This document shows positions 15,233-20,000 of a stretch of DNA of 20,000 nucleotides, piece after piece. Origin of the DNA: an uncultured virus (IMG/VR IMGVR_UViG_3300048020_000241) (Duplodnaviria > Heunggongvirae > Uroviricota > Caudoviricetes); the IMG/VR virus record IMGVR_UViG_3300048020_000241; one strand, 5' to 3'. The notes below the pieces were generated by a model that saw only the letters and a program-made list of their open reading frames with translations, was not told where the DNA came from and made no database searches. The translations under genes were made by a program, and so were the position numbers. How positions within the stretch are numbered: the stretch's first letter is position 1; each line of letters begins with the position of its first letter.

Positions 15233-16651
15233 TTATTTTTGTGGGGTGTCCGCTGAGTATTCGGAGTTCACCCCCTTTTTTGTGTCTATTTGCTGACCTT
15301 GCTTTCCCCACTTTTTCTGAAGATACTTACGTTCTTCTTTCCAATCTTTAAAAGGTTTTCCACGCATCGCAAGCAATTCGTCGAGACTAACATCGTTTTT
15401 AGGATTACCGTGTTTTATAGGTTCAGGTAAATCTGCATACTTTTTCATTGAATTGAATAATTCTGTGAAGTCTTTATCGTCTACATTACCAATCAAACAA
15501 TCAGTAAGCAATCCACGAAGTTTTTCATTTTGTTTTACAACATCTGCGAAACTGAAATTTTCATCGTAAAACGCATAAACAATTTTTCGCATAATTTCTA
15601 TGGAGTTGTTCATTTGATCGGAATAATTTTGAAATGAAGATGATGAAAAATTTTTGGAAGAACATAATATTGAATCTATATCATCTGCCAAAAGACTTCC
15701 ACTTTTTAATGCAAGAAACACTCCACTTGAAAACACAGGATCAAGAAATCCAAAAGCATCTCCTCCAAGCACCAATCCATTTTCAGCACTAAATCGATTA
15801 CGATACGAGTATTCACCGGTTACACGATACTCACCAATTTGAGTAGCATCTTTAAGATGATCCTGAATCCAAGCATTGTTTTTAATTTCACGATCAAAGA
15901 TTTCAGAATGATCACGGGTTGTTCCATTGAAAAGATATTTGTTTTCTGCTACGATACCAACACTTACTTTATTGTTTTTAAGTGGAATATACCAAAACCA
16001 TCCTTTGTTGGGAAGATACGCAATGGTAGTTGCTCCTTCATTTAAACCAGGATCACGTTTAGCATTTTCATAGTATGTCCACATCGCAATCTTTTTTAAT
16101 TTAGGATCACGTTCCATCCAACGATTTTTCAAACTTGCAAAGCAATCACGACCTGACGCATCTACAACAACATCAGCAGATACAGATTGTTTACCAAATT
16201 GCTGACTATCAATTTCAATGCCAATCACCTTATTATTTTCCTTGATAAGATTCGTTGCTTTGGTTGATTGCAAAACATTTGCTCCGTTGTCAATCGCACG
16301 ATTCAAAATCATTTCATCAAACTCACTTCGTTCAATTTGCCAAGTTGTTGATGATGGATGATCAAAGTGTTGAAAGAAATAAAAGGGTTGTGATCCTTCT
16401 CCGTTTTCTTTTACGAACTGAACACAATACTTTTTAGGATTTGCACTTTGCATTAAAGTATCTACAAGTTTAAGTCGTTCCAACGGAAAATAACAAAAAG
16501 GCATCAACGACTCACCAACATGGTATCGTGGGAATTGCTCTTTTTCAACAATCAATACATTGTGATTATTTTCAGCAAGTAACGCACCTGTGGTTGATCC
16601 ACACGGTCCTGCTCCAACTATTGCAACATCAAACTTTTGTGCGAAATTCAT
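15233..16651 (-). CDS. Flavin-dependent halogenase (PltA/CndH/CmlS-like NAD(P)/FAD-dependent oxidoreductase)
   Basis: FAD-binding 'IVGAGPCG', 'FPRYHVGES', a Lys at the expected catalytic position ('NPKKYCVQF'), 'VVDASGR', the halogenase signature WxWxIP ('GWFWYIPL'), and 'GDAFGFLDPVFSSGV'. Confidence 0.85.
   Translation of the reverse strand: MNFAQKFDVAIVGAGPCGSTTGALLAENNHNVLIVEKEQFPRYHVGESLMPFCYFPLERLKLVDTLMQSANPKKYCVQFVKENGEGSQPFYFFQHFDHPSSTTWQIERSEFDEMILNRAIDNGANVLQSTKATNLIKENNKVIGIEIDSQQFGKQSVSADVVVDASGRDCFASLKNRWMERDPKLKKIAMWTYYENAKRDPGLNEGATTIAYLPNKGWFWYIPLKNNKVSVGIVAENKYLFNGTTRDHSEIFDREIKNNAWIQDHLKDATQIGEYRVTGEYSYRNRFSAENGLVLGGDAFGFLDPVFSSGVFLALKSGSLLADDIDSILCSSKNFSSSSFQNYSDQMNNSIEIMRKIVYAFYDENFSFADVVKQNEKLRGLLTDCLIGNVDDKDFTELFNSMKKYADLPEPIKHGNPKNDVSLDELLAMRGKPFKDWKEERKYLQKKWGKQGQQIDTKKGVNSEYSADTPQK
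15243..15281 (+). terminator. Probable + strand terminator embedded in the 3' end of the convergent halogenase ORF
   Basis: GGGGTG/CACCCC plus TCCG/CGGA stem with a 3-nt bulge, followed by CTTTTTT. Confidence 0.5.
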
Positions 16652-16735
16652 TCAAATACTATAAAGTATATAATAAGCACCTGCAACAATTAAACAGATT
16701 GTTATTAATAATGAAATGATGCAATTTAAACTCAC
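16652..16735 (-). CDS. Candidate hydrophobic micropeptide, 27 aa (not in ORF track)
   Basis: GTG start; MSLNCIISLLITICLIVAGAYYILYSI*. Its TGA abuts the halogenase ATG. It overlaps a possible promoter TTGCAG-17-TATAGT. Confidence 0.4.
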   Translation of the reverse strand: MSLNCIISLLITICLIVAGAYYILYSI

Positions 16736-16743
16736 ATAAATAA

Positions 16744-16935
16744 TTACTTGTTAGAGCAAGGAAATCTTCCATAATTTCCCATTCCGTCATAGTCCATGAC
16801 GTCTCCTTTATACTCATTCAGAGTTTCATAGGTAATTGGTTTTGGTTGCTCCTTCTGTTTCTTTGGACTTTTTTTACGACCAATGAGGTTCAGAAGTTTC
16901 GTTGTGATATTGATTGATAATTCGAACGGGTACAT
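16744..16935 (-). CDS. Hypothetical protein, 63 aa
   Basis: ATG in TTATG context; C-terminal 'MDYDGMGNYGRFP'; co-oriented with the halogenase. Confidence 0.6.
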   Translation of the reverse strand: MYPFELSINITTKLLNLIGRKKSPKKQKEQPKPITYETLNEYKGDVMDYDGMGNYGRFPCSNK

Positions 16936-16963
16936 AATTTATATTTCTATTGTTAAAGGAGAA

Positions 16964-16994
16964 GACGGGAGAAGTCTTAACCACTTCTCCCGTC
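16964..16994 (-). terminator. Perfect 12-bp hairpin (terminator/attenuator or processing site)
   Basis: GACGGGAGAAGT-N7-ACTTCTCCCGTC; on the minus strand it is followed by TTCTCCTTT (weak U tract). Confidence 0.55.
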
Positions 16995-17014
16995 CTAAAC
17001 CACTTTGTTACCAA

Positions 17015-17113
17015 TCAAATACTAAAAATGTAAAATGCACCGCTGGAAATAGCAAGTAACATAACCGATACCATAAGTTGTACGATACGAAAACATTGTT
17101 TGTCTGTTAGCAT
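17015..17113 (-). CDS. Hydrophobic micropeptide, 32 aa (not in ORF track)
   Basis: MLTDKQCFRIVQLMVSVMLLAISSGAFYIFSI*, with AGGA upstream. An in-frame ATG at 17179 would give 54 aa. Confidence 0.5.
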   Translation of the reverse strand: MLTDKQCFRIVQLMVSVMLLAISSGAFYIFSI

Positions 17114-17155
17114 TTTAGTGATTCTTCCTATTGTTATTTGTTGTGGATTTACGAA

Positions 17156-17212
17156 GTTGAAACAGAAGTGCTTCAACATAATATATAACGATGCAACTTT
17201 GCATTTGGTTCA
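17156..17212 (-). promoter_or_regulatory. ECF-sigma-like promoter with palindromic spacer and 5' leader hairpin
   Basis: Minus strand TGAACC-N16-CGTTAT; spacer palindrome ATGCAA-CT-TTGCAT (17191-17204); hairpin GTTGAAGCA-CTTC-TGTTTCAAC (17156-17177). Confidence 0.4.
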
Positions 17213-17238
17213 CAAAAAATATATACTTTTTTTCATAG

Positions 17239-17267
17239 TTGACGTAATTTATTGATTGCCATATAAT
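17239..17267 (+). promoter_or_regulatory. Sigma70 promoter, leaderless
   Basis: TTGACG(17239-17244)-17 bp-TATAAT(17262-17267); ATG at 17274. Confidence 0.75.
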
Positions 17268-17273
17268 TGCGAT

Positions 17274-17798
17274 ATGAAAAAAATTTTAATAATGTTGATT
17301 CCCTGCATTGCAATTGCAAATAGTTCTCCTTTACTGACAATTCCTGAACCAGAGTATCATTTTCCTGCGAAGACTTCATTTGATATTCAACGAGAAATAC
17401 AACCTGACTTTAATAATAAAGTTCCATCAGTTACATTAGATAGACATTTTGTGGGAGTCAAATATTCTTACTTTGAAAAATTTAATGTTTGGTACAAAGA
17501 AACCACGGACGGAATCAACAACAAACAAAACAATGAATCATTTGATTGTGACAATCACGCATTGTTATATAAATCTTTATTCAGCATTTCTACTTTGAGA
17601 AAAGATGTGAAACGAGAAATCTTGGTTGGTGTAATTCTCGTAGAGCAATCAGAACAATTTCTTGGAATACCTGCAACTAATCGTCACGCACTCAATGTAG
17701 TGTTTACCGATAAAGGTTGGGTGGTGTATGAACCTCAGACTAATATGCTTTGTATGTTGGCAGATTATCCTCTTGCAATTAAAGCATTTGTATTTTAG
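17274..17798 (+). CDS. Secreted papain/transglutaminase-like Cys-His-Glu protein (MOA agglutinin C-terminal-like), 174 aa (start revised to ATG 17274)
   Basis: Signal peptide MKKILIMLIPCIAIA; motifs 'FDCDNHA', 'HALN' and 'YEPQ'. Confidence 0.65.
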   Translation: MKKILIMLIPCIAIANSSPLLTIPEPEYHFPAKTSFDIQREIQPDFNNKVPSVTLDRHFVGVKYSYFEKFNVWYKETTDGINNKQNNESFDCDNHALLYKSLFSISTLRKDVKREILVGVILVEQSEQFLGIPATNRHALNVVFTDKGWVVYEPQTNMLCMLADYPLAIKAFVF

Positions 17799-17809
17799 TA
17801 TTAAAAATT

Positions 17810-18088
17810 ATGCCTTATATAGATAAAGAAGATCAAGCAAAATACAATGCCAATAAACTTGAGCATTGTGGAATTTTAAATTATGCCATCAATCAGTTGG
17901 TTAACGATTACATTGAACAAAATGGTAAATGCTACCAAACTTTCAATGATGTAACAGGAGCATTGGAAAATGCCAAGTTAGAAATTTATCGTAGAATGGT
18001 TGCTCCATACGAAGATGAAAAAATTATTGAAAATGGAGATGTGCTTCCTTATACTCAATACGATGATTTCAAGACAAAGAAGTATTGA
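17810..18088 (+). CDS. DUF6899-like phage protein, 92 aa
   Basis: 'MPYIDKEDQ...GILNYAI...NDVTGALENAKLEIYRRMVAPYEDEKIIENGDV'. Confidence 0.75.
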   Translation: MPYIDKEDQAKYNANKLEHCGILNYAINQLVNDYIEQNGKCYQTFNDVTGALENAKLEIYRRMVAPYEDEKIIENGDVLPYTQYDDFKTKKY

Positions 18089-18519
18089 TGATGTGTTGTA
18101 GTTCAACCGGTGGAACTCCAAATTTAGAAAATGCAACATTTTTACACCGTAAGTTTCTGACTAAACAACAGATATTTGACTTAATTTCAGAATACGATGG
18201 CCAGATATATGGTGAACATAACCCCAATACCACAGAAAACTATTATAAAATTGTACCATATTATGATAAAGTTCTGAATAATGTCCGTAAAGGCATTAAA
18301 AACGACTTGATTACCGATAATGTCACTAAGTTAGCATACAAACTTAAAGACAATCCTAGTACCCTTCTTGACCTTGCACCGATACTTATAGTAAATGGGG
18401 GATTCTGTGATGGTTCGCATAGGTTGTCTGCTTTACATTTATTGTCGGAACATCTTGATAAAGAGAATTTTAGATGGAACAAGATCAAATTAAACGTTCA
18501 TTTTTATTCTCAGACTTAA
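18088..18519 (+). CDS. ParB/sulfiredoxin-like domain protein
   Basis: 'PILIVNGGFCDGSHRLSAL' fits the DGxHR motif; the ATG at 18088 overlaps the upstream TGA. Confidence 0.6.
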   Translation: MMCCSSTGGTPNLENATFLHRKFLTKQQIFDLISEYDGQIYGEHNPNTTENYYKIVPYYDKVLNNVRKGIKNDLITDNVTKLAYKLKDNPSTLLDLAPILIVNGGFCDGSHRLSALHLLSEHLDKENFRWNKIKLNVHFYSQT

Positions 18520-18556
18520 AATAATGCTTGACTTTTTATAATAATTTTGGTAGGTT
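18518..18556 (+). promoter_or_regulatory. Repeated sigma70-type promoter element P4
   Basis: AAAATAATGC-TTGACT(18528-18533)-17 bp-TAGGTT(18551-18556), extended TGn; ATG at 18563. Confidence 0.8.
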
Positions 18557-18562
18557 ATTACC

Positions 18563-18871
18563 ATGATGATGATTAAAAGTAAATTCGCAATTACATTAAC
18601 GATGTTGCTCGGATCAATTTTTGCTGAAGCAAGTTCCATTATGGATAGATTCAACTCAGGTGAAGGTAGACCCAAGTTGAGACAGATGAAACGGACTAGT
18701 GTAGTAGAAATTTACACAGGTAGTCATCATGCAAGGGCATTGGAAGCACAAAAACGTGCGTATCGTAACTCTGCCCGTGAAAATGAACGAGTGTTTGGAA
18801 GAGGTACAACTACGAGTAGGAGAAGGTATTCTCCTTACATCATATATAACAAAACTTTTCCCAATTTGTGA
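18563..18871 (+). CDS. Secreted/basic hypothetical protein, 102 aa
   Basis: Signal-peptide-like N-terminus (KSKFAITLTMLLGSIFAEA); leaderless from P4. Confidence 0.65.
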   Translation: MMMIKSKFAITLTMLLGSIFAEASSIMDRFNSGEGRPKLRQMKRTSVVEIYTGSHHARALEAQKRAYRNSARENERVFGRGTTTSRRRYSPYIIYNKTFPNL

Positions 18872-18881
18872 TATTTTATTG

Positions 18882-18910
18882 TTGACTTTTTATAATAATT
18901 TTGGTAGTTT
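18882..18910 (+). promoter_or_regulatory. Repeated sigma70-type promoter element P5
   Basis: TTGACT(18882-18887)-17 bp-TAGTTT(18905-18910); 26 bp identical to P4. Confidence 0.8.
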
Positions 18911-19106
18911 ATATATGTAATGATGATTAAGAGAGAAATTCAAAAAAGGAGTTACCAAGTCTAAGTGGCACGTCCTGATCAAGTCAAGTTCCACATCCTT
19001 TGCATATTTCGTCACATCAAATTACATCACTTCAAAAAGATTTCATTCCACTTAAAAGGAATTTACAGAGCAATATTCAACATTAAAAATCAATAATCAA
19101 AATAAG

Positions 19107-19370
19107 ATGTATCATTCATACGAGCAATATCAGGAACACATGGATCACGAATTTGGAGCACAATACGATGACACCCGTGAAAGGTATTCAGCAGAAATAC
19201 AAGAAGCACAAAATGAATATGAACTCCAGCAATGGTACGATGAGTATATGACTAAGGTATATGAAGCAGGATTTGGTGATGATTCAGACGCATACGAAGC
19301 ATCTTGGAGAAGAACCTTTGAGTATGCTAAAAGTGGTGCAATTGATGATTTACTTGAAAATAATGCTTGA
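19107..19370 (+). CDS. Acidic Tyr/Glu-rich hypothetical protein, 87 aa
   Basis: Clear ORF; its TGA lies inside the -35 box of P6. Confidence 0.7.
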   Translation: MYHSYEQYQEHMDHEFGAQYDDTRERYSAEIQEAQNEYELQQWYDEYMTKVYEAGFGDDSDAYEASWRRTFEYAKSGAIDDLLENNA

Positions 19371-19423
19371 CTTTTTATAATACTTGTGGTAAAGTACTTG
19401 TATTGAGAGTGAGAAAAGAGAAA
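19357..19423 (+). promoter_or_regulatory. Repeated sigma70-type promoter element P6 with purine-rich leader
   Basis: TTGACT(19367-19372)-17 bp-TAAAGT(19390-19395); identical to P2 at 63 of 67 positions. Confidence 0.85.
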
Positions 19424-19441
19424 AAGAAAAACGAGAGAAAA

Positions 19442-19927
19442 ATGAAATTTACAAAAACAAGAAAATCCGAGTGGTTCACTAATCCTACAATGTGTGGGGA
19501 AATTTGGTCGCAAGAAACAGTTGCTACTGCTGAAGCAATCATCACCAAGTATGCAAAAACAAAACGGACCAAGGCACTTGCTAATTATGTTATTCGTGAC
19601 ATACCCGAGTGGCATTATTGGAACAACATTTCCAAAAAGGAATTGAATATGCTTCGTTTCGTGTTGCGTAGATTGGATAAGGCATTTTCAGAAAAGGGTG
19701 GTCTTACTCGTTTGCTCGCAATGTATCAGAACCGTACCGGTTGTCTTAAAGGACATTTGGATTGGGTTCTTGAACATCTTGCTTTTACTTTTGATAAGTC
19801 AGCACGTGTAAAAGATTACACTCGTAATATGGGATTTTGGGGAATGACCAAAAAAGAAGCAACCAATAGATTGACTGAGTATCATAAAAACTTAATCAAT
19901 AAACACGAAGTGGAAAGTGTAGCATAA
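19442..19927 (+). CDS. Basic hypothetical protein, 161 aa (start revised to ATG 19442)
   Basis: The ORF-track TTG at 19367 is the -35 box; the first ATG after the leader is at 19442. Confidence 0.75.
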   Translation: MKFTKTRKSEWFTNPTMCGEIWSQETVATAEAIITKYAKTKRTKALANYVIRDIPEWHYWNNISKKELNMLRFVLRRLDKAFSEKGGLTRLLAMYQNRTGCLKGHLDWVLEHLAFTFDKSARVKDYTRNMGFWGMTKKEATNRLTEYHKNLINKHEVESVA

Positions 19928-20000
19928 ATGAGGGAAACAAGAAAATTTGATATTACTATTGACGATCACCGATTCGTTGGAGAAGAAGAATACGGTGGAC
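19928..20000 (+). CDS. Hypothetical protein, 3'-truncated
   Basis: MRETRKFDITIDDHRFVGEEEYGG..., with its ATG abutting the upstream TAA. Confidence 0.55.
   Translation, partial: MRETRKFDITIDDHRFVGEEEYGG

Noticed and set aside
15654..16719. Plus-strand ORFs within or overlapping the halogenase
   Set aside because: Antisense shadows of the 472-aa minus-strand gene.
18965..19000. CTGATCAAGTC resembling a hammerhead ribozyme core
   Set aside because: It lacks the CUGAnGA...GAAA core and the required flanking stems.
958..19423. CRISPR-like or integron attC-like interpretation of the repeats
   Set aside because: The copies are irregularly spaced by whole genes, lack long dyad symmetry, and fit -35/17/-10 promoter geometry. 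No cas or integrase gene is in the window.
1..20000. Stop-codon reassignment (as in some jumbo phages)
   Set aside because: Known genes (ligase, ispB, cyclophilin, halogenase) are full length in the standard code and coding density is already high. TGA is used in ATGA couplings, and TAG ends ORF 17274 plausibly.

Overview
AT-rich, densely packed segment of a large (jumbo/T4-like) tailed-phage genome. There is no tRNA, rRNA, CRISPR array or IS element. Nearly all genes are on the + strand, many are short hypotheticals, and many are coupled by TAATG/ATGA overlaps. Recognisable genes: an orphan MvaI/BcnI-family nuclease, ATP-dependent DNA ligase, a macrodomain protein, host-like polyprenyl diphosphate synthase (ispB) and cyclophilin, a DUF2452-like protein, a ParB-like protein, a secreted papain-like protein, and a complete flavin-dependent halogenase in the only minus-strand block (15233-17212). 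Three less obvious layers stand out. (1) A family of proteins (7268-14243) shares an N-terminal MKKSELKxxIxEE tag and is built from small modules joined at (I/L)-x-E sites, resembling capsid-targeted, prohead-protease-processed polyproteins; one ~60-aa module occurs three times across two genes. (2) Six dispersed, near-identical sigma70 promoter elements (core TTGACTTTTTATAA) start at or near upstream stop codons and look like gene-cassette boundaries. (3) The halogenase block contains two unannotated, mutually similar hydrophobic mini-ORFs, hairpins and an ECF-like promoter with a palindrome. Also seen: a candidate ~75-nt sRNA, widespread leaderless sigma70 promoters, and strong AGCT avoidance. 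All family assignments come from motif recognition by eye; no searches were run.
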